Of a DNA stretch of 64,000 bases, positions 52,201 through 64,000 are shown one piece after another (position 1 is the stretch's first letter; every line of letters starts with the position of its first letter). The notes below the pieces were generated by a model. That model did no database searches and was not told the DNA's origin. It saw nothing but the letters and a program-made list of their open reading frames with translations. This DNA comes from Dipteris shenzhenensis (Eukaryota): assembly GCA_047967505.1 (NCBI GenBank), contig CM106538.1; one strand, written 5' to 3'. The position numbers were made by a program, and so were the translations under genes.

Positions 52201-53050
52201 AAGGCCTCTTGATTATCCTTATGATAGCGTGAAGTGCACAAAAGTGTATGTGGATAGCCAAGATCAGTCTCCAAGCCTTATCCTTTTCTACAAGAGCACG
52301 GATTGGTGGCTTATATTTTCAACTCTACTAAAACATACATGTCTGTCTTTACAACCTTACCTTTCCCTTTTATTACTCTTTCTCCCAATAAAAAAAGGCA
52401 ATAATACTTTCCATTTTCTCCATGTGAAACACCATACATGTATCTTATCGTTTCAAATTAGCAACTAGATGGTGTTCCTACATAGCCTTCAACATTAAGT
52501 AGCTCACTATTTTTGTGTCCTTTTATCACATTAGGAATCGTTGGTTATTATCCAATCATACAAATCAAAAAATAAAATCCATGTTATTTCAAATGCAGCT
52601 AGGCACCAAATCTTTGGTTCTTATTGAACACTGAATGACTTTAGGTCATGAATGTGCCCCAAATTATATTAATTAGTGTTAAACTATCTCTTTCTAGTTT
52701 TTGACCTTTTTCCATCTCAATTTCATCAAGTTTTATGCAAATCTTTTAGTTTCCCATTGCATTCTTCGACGAGCCTTGTCATAAAACTCAACCATGGCTT
52801 GCAACACTTTTCAAACATCTGTCACAAATTTGTCCTCCATTAGCCCAATCTTCTCCATCCCCCATTATGTAGTTCCATATTTACTATATCGCAAGCATGT
52901 TGAGGATCACCAAAACGAGTTCCCCTACTCAAATTGAGAGCATGTGAGTTTTATCAACTACTAGCATTGACAGTGGGTCCTTAACCTCTAGCCCAATAAA
53001 AAGCCATGCTTAAGTTTAACTCTCTCAAATATGAGCCGATTTGCCCTCAT
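49250..53050 (-). pseudogene. Decayed DDE transposase with RAG1/Transib/Chapaev-like motif order, with a probable intron, split by a copia insertion
   Basis: Manual minus-strand translation across frameshifts gives, in order: ICIKLDEIE (D at 52725-52727), SVQ*EPKIWCLAAFE, HLVANLK, YMYGVSHGENGKYYCLF, FCALHAIIRI, AWG...TQYM, [intron], RIFHAHTP, HYGRLG, STQGMERYH (E at 49399-49401). Outer boundaries are uncertain. Confidence 0.65.
49550..51822 (+). mobile_element. Copia family A, 2.27 kb, large internal deletion fusing gag to RT/RNase H
   Basis: 5' LTR 49550-49878, PBS 49879-49890, 3' LTR 51472-51822, TSD AAAAT/AAAAC (one mismatch). ORF 50423-50743 reads gag IVHIQ directly into RT NMLSKYG. Confidence 0.95.
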
Positions 53051-54752
53051 ATTTACATTTGTATATCATGCACTCCTTGTATGATAGTTGTAGTGAATGT
53101 TCCATAACTTAATGCATTGGAATTAAATGTTATATTTTATCTAATTGAACTAAATTTGGGATGTTGTATAGAAAATTCTAGCTTTTTTTCCCACATTTCT
53201 CCCACAACATGAGAATGGACAAAGATAAGTTCGAAATTTGCCCTAAAGCTCTTACTTGATGCTTCCAATGGCCACTTTCCTTAACTAATTCATCCATTAG
53301 ATGTATTATCCTTTTCTACAAGGGTGCAATTGTTGGAGTGTCTTTCATGTGTAGTAAGTTTTTTGCAATTTTGAAATCTCCTCATATAAATATGTGCTTT
53401 TCATCTAGAGGTAAAGTGTGCTTTGAAATCTCCTCTTTTAAATTTATGCTTTGCATTTAGAGGTGAAGTGTTTTTAAAATAGTCTCTTCCATATGAGCAT
53501 TTAAAGTCAATCTACCCTTAGCATACCCTCTTCCATTCTCAATCATCATGAAATTAGATATTGCACAAATGATATGCCATGATTCCAAGCCTCTAGCCTT
53601 CTTAATTTTTCATATTTTTCAAAAGACCAAAATTGATGGTGGGTAAGAAGAACATTATCTCCATGAGCTTGTAACCATTCGACAATATCCTAACAAACCA
53701 TTCTCACCCTCACAGGAAAACCATGGATTTATGAATCTTCAAAAGAGGCTAGCCTAAAGAATGTATAAGAAATATATATTGCCATCTAGCCATATCTTCA
53801 TATGTTTTTTCCTACATTTCTAATAGGTTTCTGATTACTCTCACTTCATAGAATAGTTAAACCACAAAATTGTGGAGCTTTATAAGACCACTAGATCTAA
53901 AGAATATATCTTTTAACAACTCCATATGTATTCAAAGACCGTTGAAATCACATTTACTTGCCAAAGAGGATTCATTCCTCTTAGATATAGGTCATTCTCA
54001 ACATCACTTTGAAAATAAATATCCATTTTTCTCTTACTCCCAGCACCTACTCTTGTTTTACCTAATATAAAAATAGTAATACATGAACAAACAATACAAA
54101 AACCTCAAACTTCTTACCATCACACAAACTTCGTCACATGAAATAAAAACCTCTAAATAAAAATATAATTAAGCTCAAATAATCAAAGGTCCACATATAA
54201 AATTTTATACAATAATATGGAGTCAAAGTAACAAACATGTGCAAAGCATAATAAATTGCATGAAAAAACACAAAGCTAACCAAAAATCTCAGCAACCACC
54301 GAATGCCACAATACAAATATTAGCACAAAATGACAGAAACTTAAATACATCACACAAATGACATAAATATGCATAAATGAAATTAAGTCCAAATTAAAGT
54401 AGATTTGCATAAATGAAACATACCAAATTATTGCAACAGAAACCTTGGATGGTGAGAGTGGTGCAAATGCAAGGGAGGAGACCTTTTTTGCAATGGTAGT
54501 GCATTCCTAAACTTTTCTTATTCATTAATAGTCTCCATTTTCCTTGATAAAGCATGCTTATAAACTCTAAAACATCTCAAAGTACATAAGAGAAATAAGG
54601 GTGCATATGTTCAGAATTCATCCAAATGTTTGTGTCTAAAAGATATTATAATGTTTGTATAAAAGTGACTTTAAAAGTGGAGTTTCACTAAACATTACAT
54701 CTTAAAACTTGAGTATGTATGAGAATCTTTTTTTCTTTATTTTAGATTTGAC

Positions 54753-57700
54753 TGATAGCGGAAGTGAGAGAGGGAGAGAGAGACGAGTGCACACGATATA
54801 GCTAGATGTACACTGAGTGTATTGAACATGAACATGAAGATATACATGTGAATCCCTTAGGGTAAGGTTTGGGGTTAGGGTTAGAGTTAGGGTTAGGGTT
54901 TTCCCTGAAGCCCTAGAGGTATGGTGCAATTTACAAGATCCTCAACACCCCCTCTTAAATTGCACTGGGTAAGTAGAGGGTGCATGTACAAGACCTTTTT
55001 GTGGATTTTGTTTGGTGTGTATGCTAGCATCCAAAAGTAACAAGAAATCAGAGTAGTATGTGCATATGTGAGCACAGTGACTATGAAGCAGAAGCATGTA
55101 CAATGAGTACAACTTATGTGATCCTGTACAAGATGTGCATTTCCCCATCTTAAGTTGTCAGACGTCCTTTGCCTTTGGAATGAAACCCAGAAGATAGGCC
55201 GAAAGGAAGAGGAAGGAAATATGCAGAAAGTCAGGTCCACCTGGATCAAAGACTGGTCGATCAAAAGATGACTGCGTGAACAATAGTATGTATGACTGCG
55301 TGTTGAACATGTCAAAGCTAAACATGTCATAAGTCATTGTGGACTGTGCATCTACTTTGAAGAGGAATCCAGATGTGAAGATAGGTGTAGCCATGAAGAC
55401 GTGATCCGAAAGGTTGTGGTATAGAAGGGTGTCACCAACCCAAAAGAACTGACAACAATGTGCTAGGTATGTTGCAGTAATGTAATCTTTGTCAATGATG
55501 CAGGGTCGAAGAAGATCACATAGTCGGTGTGGACAGAGTGATTCAGAGGTCAAAAATCTAGGGTCGAAGGTGCAAGTATAATATGCTACTCTACTGAAGA
55601 AGAGGCCCATACAAATGACAAGGTATGGCAACTTGTCGAACATGTATGCTCAACTGTCATGAGCTAAAGGTTGTGTGATGTGTGTATGGCTAAACATCCA
55701 TCGGCATGGGATCATAGGCTCAAGGTGGAGTTGACAGTATAAAGGCCTAGAAGTCTGATATACAACTGAAAAAGCATAAGATGCCCCTAAAGCGAAATGC
55801 TAATGAAGGGACTGATCTGAAAAAGCATAAGATGTCCCTAAAGCGAAATGCTAATGAAGGGACTGATCTGAAGTCATGGATCCAACCATTGATCTGCATC
55901 AAGTATGGAATGTATAATGATAGCCATAAGTCCATGATGAAACACTGAGTCTCCTCAAGTTCTACTATGGCTAAACCTGATGATGTTCACTGCACTGGGT
56001 AGGACCGCACTGATGCATAGGTATCCTCATGCTGAGGAATGATCTGCTAATCAAAAGAGGTGGTGATCACTGGATCCAAGGGTGGTGCAATGTAGCATGA
56101 CTGAGCCGATGATGAACTATCTTGTAGACTGATGTGTTGATCTAAACTACTCGTGGAAACTGTGTCCAAGATATGCTCTATGTCAGAGGTGAAAGAATCA
56201 ATGATGGATGCTGGAATAGAATCACCTGAAGAGCTGGATGCACTGTCGCATATATCTCTGCATGCAGCAAAAGATGTGAGTGCCTCGTACTAAGGATTTA
56301 TCTGCTGAAAAATTGCATGATCAATGGTGAGCTCCTGGTGAGTATCTACATCTAATGTGATAGTAGATGGAGTCAAACCCATGCATAAAAGTAATGGATG
56401 TACATCACTGGAATCGGACTGTACTGATGTAAATGAGACTGCCTCGTATTGAGGACTTATCGTTAAATGTGCCTCGTGCTGAGGGCTCACCATGTAAGGT
56501 GCATGATCAGAAACTGTGGACTGATCCATGCTAACATCCAAAGCATCTGAATATGATCTTTTAAGGCCAATGCGGCTCGAGGCAGCTCAAGTTTGCATCG
56601 TAGGCTGGTACAAACCCTACGACAATGAATGGTCAAAGTAGATTCTCTTTCCAATCACTGATCTCGTCCAAAGTCATGATTGGTGTATCATCAACTGTGT
56701 GACGAGAATAACTCCATGCTAGAGGCATTCTGGTGCTCTGTGCAAGAGGCTTACCTGTGTACCGATGAGAGGGTCTATCCATGAGAACACTGTGTGAGAG
56801 CTACCACTGGGGGGCTTACGGTAAACTGTCAAAACCAAGTCATGTGAGAATTGTAATGTGCCAAGGATTAAGCCTGTAATGTAATGATGAGAACTGCATG
56901 TCGGGATAGCCAAAAGGTTGTACAAGGCTGATGTATGTGTACGAAACTAATGCCGAAAATAGTCAATGAAAATGATTGTACATGGGTGGCATATGTGCAT
57001 GTAAGAAGTATGCAACCATCGTGAATCCAAGAGGGAGAACTCTGCCAAATGTCGCCAATCGTGATGAACTGCCGAATGCCAAGATTACAGAACTGGTGTC
57101 AGATGTGTGAATGTGTACACCGATGATAGAACCGCATGGACTGACACCGATGGGAACGAATTAGGTAATGTGGCAATAGCTGACTTGGCTTTGTGGAGTT
57201 GGATCTCCTTTATGGCTGAGTAGTCTATAACTAGACTATGCGTCGAAGCATCAAATGCAGCAAAAGGATTTTATTTGGATTCATTTGGAGTGTTGGGTAC
57301 GTTGCAATGGATCAAGAGGCGGTTCTGATGATGAGGATGCACATGTGGAAATATCAGATGTAAAATCTAGTGCATAGAGCGCAAGTTGGCGAGCAATTTT
57401 GCTTTTTGGAGCACTCCACAATTCCCTCTGGATCAAAAGATACAACCCTCGAAAGGATAGGCCAAACTTTGATCCCATAAGGCCCAAAAATGATGATGTG
57501 GCCTATGGTGAGGTGGCAGTGTGATATGGCAATGGTGGTCACATGATGCTGTTTACACACTGTGTGCCTATGGAGAGACAGGTGTGCCTAGCAGGAACAT
57601 GATGAGGTGTCACCTGTGCAGAGTTGCCATGTGGCATAAGTTGACCAACCTTCCTAACACATGGTCTTGACGGAACAAGGTCTTGGACTCTCTCTCAACA

Positions 57701-57959
57701 AAAATCTTTCACACAAGGATTGAAGAATGTGTCACACATGGAGGGCTTAGTGCCTTGACGAAATGCAAGGCTTGGGAGCACCTAGTGCTCTAGTACCATG
57801 ATAGCACAAGTGAGAGAGGGAGAGAGAGAGGAGTGCACATGATATAGCTACCTATACACTGAGTGTATTGAACATGAAGATGAGAACCCCTTAGGGTTAG
57901 GGTTAGGGTTAGGGTTAAGGTTTTCCCGAGGTATGGTGCAATTTACACCATCCTCAACA
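54753..57959 (-). mobile_element. Non-autonomous LTR element (family H) with TTAGGG arrays in its short LTRs
   Basis: LTRs 54753-54947 and 57799-57959. PPT complement CCCCCTCTT 54948-54956. Decayed PBS complement GCTCTAGTACCA 57787-57798. Flanks TTGAC/TCGAT are compatible with a decayed TCGAC TSD. No recognisable gag/pol. Confidence 0.85.
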
Positions 57960-58355
57960 TCGATAAAATTTTGAAATCTATATCGATTCAATTTTCATAT
58001 CACATAAGAGAAAATACATGTGTATATGTTATCCAAATATTTATCAAACTAGGAAGAGTATAATTTGTTTATGAAATTGACATTAAAAGAGAGCATTCAC
58101 TTGACATTACATCATAAGAACTTTGAATCTCCTAGTTGTCACTACTTCACTAATGAAATGACTATAGTGCACTTCATTCTGCATGAACTAAGTGTATTCA
58201 AAACAAATACTCATACTTTACTAGTACATGAGTACACTTTAATAGTGGCAGGAATCTAGTATTTCCTTCTCCATGAATGTAATAGGTATGAGGGATAAGA
58301 GTCTCTCTCAGTAAGCTAAGCTAGTCCTAGCTGAGTGCAAAAGCGTAGAAATGCT

Positions 58356-58359
<4 letters not shown>

Positions 58360-58401
<42 letters not shown>
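58360..58401 (+). repeat. (GA)21 microsatellite
   Basis: Perfect GA run. Confidence 0.95.
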
Positions 58402-58403
<2 letters not shown>

Positions 58404-60100
58404 AAAGCATATTGAAATAGACATGAACTCAGAGTTCATGCTAAGATACTTTCTTATTTATGTTTTGGGCCTAGCAATCACCAAATACCCTTTTCCAATA
58501 GTTGGTCCTCAATAAATGAAGAGGAATGAGGCCACACATTGAGTTCCACCAAGGGGCTAGAGCTAATGCTTGAAGGTTGCATCTAAGCTAAGGCTAACTA
58601 AGGAAAGGCATCACCATGGGAGGATTGTTGAGTTCACTAAGACTGCTATGGAGACTACTGAGGCTAACCTAGAGGTTGTTGTAGTAGAAAGTTCTACGTG
58701 ATCAACTTATAGTCAAGGCGTTCTCTCGAGGGATGTTGAGGGGAACCTAAGGCTATTGTGAGACATGTTGAAGCTGATCACCCTATGTAGGGGATGTTGA
58801 ACCTAGAATTGACAAAGCTATTGTTGCTAGGGCTACTACAACTGGTAAAAGAGATTATGCTAAATAAAGAGAGGAAGCCTCCTCTTTAATGGGTTGTAGG
58901 TCTACGCTAGCCGAACTTGGTCAACTAGTCAATGTCGATTACTGGCCAAGTCGATCAAAAGTCAACAATTTTGTATTATTTGGCCTGCTATATCATCCAT
59001 AAAGTTCTATATGGTTGGACTTGTCTTGCTAGTATGGGCTATAGGGGTTCAAAATTACCATAGTAGGCAACCAGGCCATCAATTGTAGATGCCCATGACA
59101 TTTTGATGAAATTGGAATAGAGACCATGTCCATCTCCTTTTCAAGCTTTGATACTAACATAACAAGCACGAGGTCATGAGGCTGAAGGAAAGTCATGGAG
59201 ATGCCACTCCCTTGACCGTTGCAACTCCTTCTAACATCAAGGAATTTACTAGGCTATGACACCAACGTAATATGAGGGCTAAGAGTCTGTCTGACTAAGC
59301 TAAAGCCATCCTGGCTGAGTACAAAGGAATGAAAATTTAAGTGAAATGGCAATCACTATGACTTCTATAAGGCTGGATGTGTCCTGATGTCGTGGGCTAC
59401 ATGCATGCAAAATTACCACGTAGGCAACCATGCGAGGGCCTATAGATGCCCATAACAATGAAGCAACCTTGTAGATAGGCAAAATCTACCAAAATGTTTA
59501 GGAATGTATTCAAAACAAATGCTCATACCAAACTAAAGACAATAAGCATGGAAGAAATGCAAATGTTTACAAACGTCAAAAGATAGATGAAAGGAGGATA
59601 ATTTTCATGCACTAATATGTCTAATGCTTGAAGATCAAACATCTTTCCATCATCTTTCAAAGAATCTCGTCGTACTATTTGCTCCAAGACAGAGGCATGC
59701 TAAATCATTTTGTACAACCACATTAAATGCGTGACAAAATCAAAGAAAGAACCAAAATGTCTCGAGTCTCCTGACTCAAAAAATACTCTGAAATGGAAAG
59801 GGAAACGTTGATGAGAGAAGAAAAGGTGAGATTGTGAAGAAGACATGTTCAAAAAAAGAATAGATCACATCACCCAAAAATTTTGAACTTTTTGAAGGAA
59901 TGAAGGTGGAGAGGGAGGGAGCTAACAACAAAGATGTAGAATGAAGAGATTATGATGGGAAAGCCTACCCAAAGCTGAGGAGTGGAACTTTCCACTTGAA
60001 AGAATGAAGAGATTAGAAATTAGGTCTATGGCTAAGGGGGGATAAAAGGGTGACCAAAAGAGAGAGAGGGAAGAAAAAAACTTCGAAGATGGAAAGGACT

Positions 60101-60830
60101 ATAAGAAAACAATACGACGTTTATGCTCAACAGATAACAGGATCTCGTATGCAAGAGAGAAAAGCAGATAGTATGGAGAATCAAAAATTTGATTACTGTA
60201 AAACTGATACAATAGATGGCGCTGCCTCCCAACCGTGCGCTCCTGTGAGAGAAGCTTCGATTGCGTGCTGAAAACAATAGAGGACGGAGGCTGGATGCTA
60301 AGGAATCAGGGTTGCTGTAGCTAGTGATGATAATGGGCTTCACGAGCTTACTCTTATATAGCCACCAGTCGTAGTCGGTTAGACTCAATTGGGAGACCGA
60401 CCCAATCCACTCAAACCGACCGACTGAAGGTCGATCCCGAAATAAGCCACCGACCACGATAGAACCGTGGCACAAAATAGAGCAACTAACCTACGGTCTC
60501 CGTCCGGCCCACAACCATCCGGGATCATCTGGGGCTCCAAACAGACCTCGCAGCCCGAGAGTGGGCTGCCCCGAGAAATGCTCCGTCTACCCTCAGTGCG
60601 GTCAGTCATGAAATGCGTTCCCGCACTTGCATGTAGCCTAGTTGGCAGTGTGCCAACTCTATCTGAAGCTGTCCAACCATCAGGCCACACATAGCCCCCA
60701 TCTGGTATCCAAACCAGGACCTACCGGATAACCGAGCTACTCAAATGCTTTCTCCTCATATGGGGGGCTTACAAGTAGAGTTCGCTGGTTCCCGCATAGT
60801 TACACGAGAGTGGAGTATTGATATCTAATA
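60101..60830 (-). mobile_element. Truncated solo LTR of copia family C
   Basis: Reverse complement aligns to 38436-~39158; starts TATTAGATATCAAT at 60830. Confidence 0.9.
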
Positions 60831-63529
60831 AGAAGGTGGTTATGTGAGGAAATGTTTGATTGCAAGAGATTTGGTTGATGTCCGATTGAGAAGTTTAGTT
60901 TGCAAGTGTGGTTAGAGCTAAAAATATGATAGTGCAAGCTAGGACAAGAGATTTACATCAAAATTTCAGCCTTTTGAATAAAAAATAAAGAAATCATATC
61001 ACATACTATCCTCCACAAGCCACATTTTTAGCCCAAATTTTTTGTAATGAAACTTTTTGGAGGAATAAGCTTTTTGGGGTTGTTGCTCCCAACCTGTGGT
61101 GGCGAGTATTTATAGCTTTGGGACCCTCCAATTTTAATGATTTGTGCACAGAAATTTTGGGAGACTCCAACATGAAAATAGGACTCATGAATTTTCTCCA
61201 ACATCACATAATTTCTAGGCATTCCTTACACTATGCCCATTTGCTTTCCCATTGCCTTGCACTCTCGTTTTCATCAACCATAGGCAAGTACTTCGCCATA
61301 GCCAAACGTCTCTTTCCTTCTATCCTTTTGTCCTTCTTCCTTCTCTCTATTGTGCCTTCCCTTGCATAATGTATCTCTCTCGCCTTGTGGTTGCAACATT
61401 CGAGCAATCGTTTTCTTTTGTTCACTGCCAGTCCTGAACTGTGCTTCTTTCATTGATATGCTCAGGGGTGTGATGCATCAGTCCTGATCGTGTAGTGTTT
61501 ATTTTTGTTGCCTGCACTCCACCCTCGTAATCGAATACCCATTTCTTCATTTCACCCTATTTTTCTTTCATTTTTGTTTTTTTTTCCTCGGAGTTTTGGA
61601 AGGGGGGGTGGGGGGGGGTTCCCCCACGAAAGGCAAGGGTGCTTCCATTATCTAAGAAGAAGAAAGAAGTTGCTGAATTTCACAAAGGGAAGTGCAACAT
61701 TGAAGTGGGAGTTGTTTTCACGCAGCACACATCAGAGCTCCATGCATGGTTTGTAAAACAATTCCTCCTGGAGTTGTGTTCTCTTGAGCTCTAATCACTC
61801 CATGATGCAGAATGGAATCACACCCCTATTGTGTATGCTCGTATGGCAGTCCAACTACCCACTTTCCACAGACCACCATACCTACCAGACAGACTGGCTG
61901 TCTGTAAACTGCCAACTATCAGTGGGCCACAGATGCCCAACAGCCCACCATTCCCAGCCCACATGTTAGCCCTACCTCTAGCCACACATGGACCATCTGC
62001 TGCCCACTGTTGCTGGTCTCTATCCTCTGCTTACACAGTAGGTCTCCAACTGGATCTCGCTGCTCATACATCAGCCAATGTACATCTCTTTTAAGCTTGC
62101 CTCTACTGCCCTTGTGGCAGCTCTGTTTATTACATCATATGCTATAGCGTGCTACCTGTATGTCAGCCCATGTGCTGACCTCATTGCAGCCCTCGTGGAT
62201 GAAACTCTCCACACAGATCCACCCATGCGGCATCTTCTCCGCATGCCCATATGGCAGCTTCTCTGATCCCCCAATCCAATTGCAGGTACCATGTCGTCCT
62301 CATTTGGGAGCTTGCAGGTAGGCCAATAAACCATCTACTCCAACAGTTAGTCATCTACTCCAACGGTTAGTGTCGGATACTTGGTGAACAAGGCCAACCA
62401 ATTGACAGACTATTTAACCAGCCAAAGGTGCTGGATGGGCCTGGGTGTTGAGAGGCACAGGTGCAACTTTGTGCAAGTCCAAGCTGATATTTGAGCTTAT
62501 TGAGCATGAGTCCTCTAATCCACATCAAAAGTGCATCAGTTACCAAAAGATGGATCAGGAATGTCCATGTCCTGTGGCTCAATTTTAGAATCCCTAAGAT
62601 TTAAATAACTTGAATCAAAGCATTATACGTTTAAAATGTGATAGCATCTCAGATGTTTAAGCGAGTATAACCAAATTTTTCATGTTATATTCCACCTAGA
62701 GATGATGCTTGGTTATCTAGTATTGGACACACTGCCGCCAGTCACACAGGCGTGATGGAGTTTATGATTTTCAACCTTATATGAGTCACTACAATGAGAT
62801 CACTGCACACTGTGTTGTGCTTTTCGCAGATGAGTTTGGGCATGTTCCTGTATTCACCTTTCCCGGTCTATAGCATAGAATCAGCATTCTATTCCAACCT
62901 TACATGTCAATATCTCAGGTTATGTCATTAAAAGCACAACAGAATGCATACAGTTCTTATGCCACACAAGAATCGTCCAGAATGCTCTACATAAATAACT
63001 TTGCCCTGTCTAGTCATGCCATGGGTGGCCAGTGGCCAAAGTGGGTGCATAACATCTTGAGCATAAAGATATCACACTTCAGAATTCATGTATCTATATA
63101 CACAACAACAAGGTAAGTTTCTATCTGTCCTCTCAAGCCAGGGGCACTTCAAGCCATGGATGAAGACTAGCACTACTGCTGCGCTGCAGATAATGGAACA
63201 ACTGGCAATAAGGCTCTTCAGATGCCATGAAGCTTGGGGTATTTAAGAATCACATCCGACGCATGCAATAAACTTTCCTTTGATAGACCACTGATTGGCA
63301 ACATATTCAAAAAACATCATCTCGTATTAAAAGAAGATGCAACCCTCCTGAATTACAAGATGACAAAAATCTCGACAACTTGCTGTTTAAAAGATAAAGC
63401 AGCTTGCATTTCCAGATAGCATTAAGGGTGGAAATCTTATATTTCTCAATGACAAGATCCATCAGAACCAAAAATTTGTTCTAACCTAGGCACCCAAAAA
63501 ATGCTCAATTTGTCATTAAAGGGTCACAA

Positions 63530-63652
63530 AGCATCTCTCTCCGTCCCTCCCTCTCCTCTCCTCTCCCGTTCCCCCCCTTCCTCCCTCAACCCCCCCTTCT
63601 CTCTCTCTCTCTCTCTCTCTCCCCCCCCCTCCCTCCCTCAACCCCCCCCTTC

Positions 63653-63693
<41 letters not shown>

Positions 63694-63700
63694 CTCAATC
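63530..63700 (+). repeat. CT-rich pyrimidine tract with (CT)n runs
   Basis: Two (CT)n runs and C-runs. Confidence 0.9.
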
Positions 63701-64000
63701 TCAAAATCGATAGTCTGCCTGGGCCCTGCACACAGGCATGCACTTCAAACAGTAAGGGTGCACTAAGTAAAGAAAAGAAACAACTGAATCAATGTCTTCT
63801 TGCTACAACAAAATCAAATCAAACCAGTTGATTACAATTGGGGTGGGGATCAATCTTTGGCACGGCTAGCGGGGGAAAAAATGAATCTTGACATGGCTCC
63901 TGTTCAATTCTCCTGAGCCAAGTGAAGATGGAAAACATTCCTTTGCGATAACCAACATAACCCCTGCCAAAGAATAGAAATTGAATGTTGGTGAAAAACT

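Noticed and set aside
58190-59530. Diverged repeats and a decayed PBS-like GCTTTGATACTA suggesting an old LTR element
   Set aside because: Too degraded to place termini; repeat order is inconsistent with a simple LTR pair.
61740-64000. Possible host gene exons (splice-like AG|GTAAGT near 63112)
   Set aside because: No recognisable protein motif or consistent exon chain.

Overview
Gene-free, nested-transposon region of a large land-plant genome. The element types and heavy C-to-T decay are compatible with a fern or other seed-free plant, but I cannot identify the species. I found no intact host gene, RNA gene or CRISPR array. The window holds eight pieces of one Ty1/copia family (family A), all deleted or truncated, plus other copia families, Ty3/gypsy gag/RT/integrase relics, a LINE RT, a very young 694-bp TRIM, non-autonomous LTR elements and two foldback/palindromic elements. 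Three observations stand out. (1) A decayed minus-strand DDE transposase at ~49250-53050, mostly missed by the ORF track, whose motif order resembles RAG1/Transib/Chapaev transposases; it is split by a probable short intron containing a copia insertion. (2) A near-identical ~3.4-kb inverted duplication (7675-11137 vs 14550-17956) that copies flanking DNA plus part of a retroelement into another copy. (3) A short inverted repeat bracketing the PPT/3'-LTR junction in seven different LTR families, each with different arm sequence. Family letters (A-H) are my own labels; all alignments and translations were done by eye.
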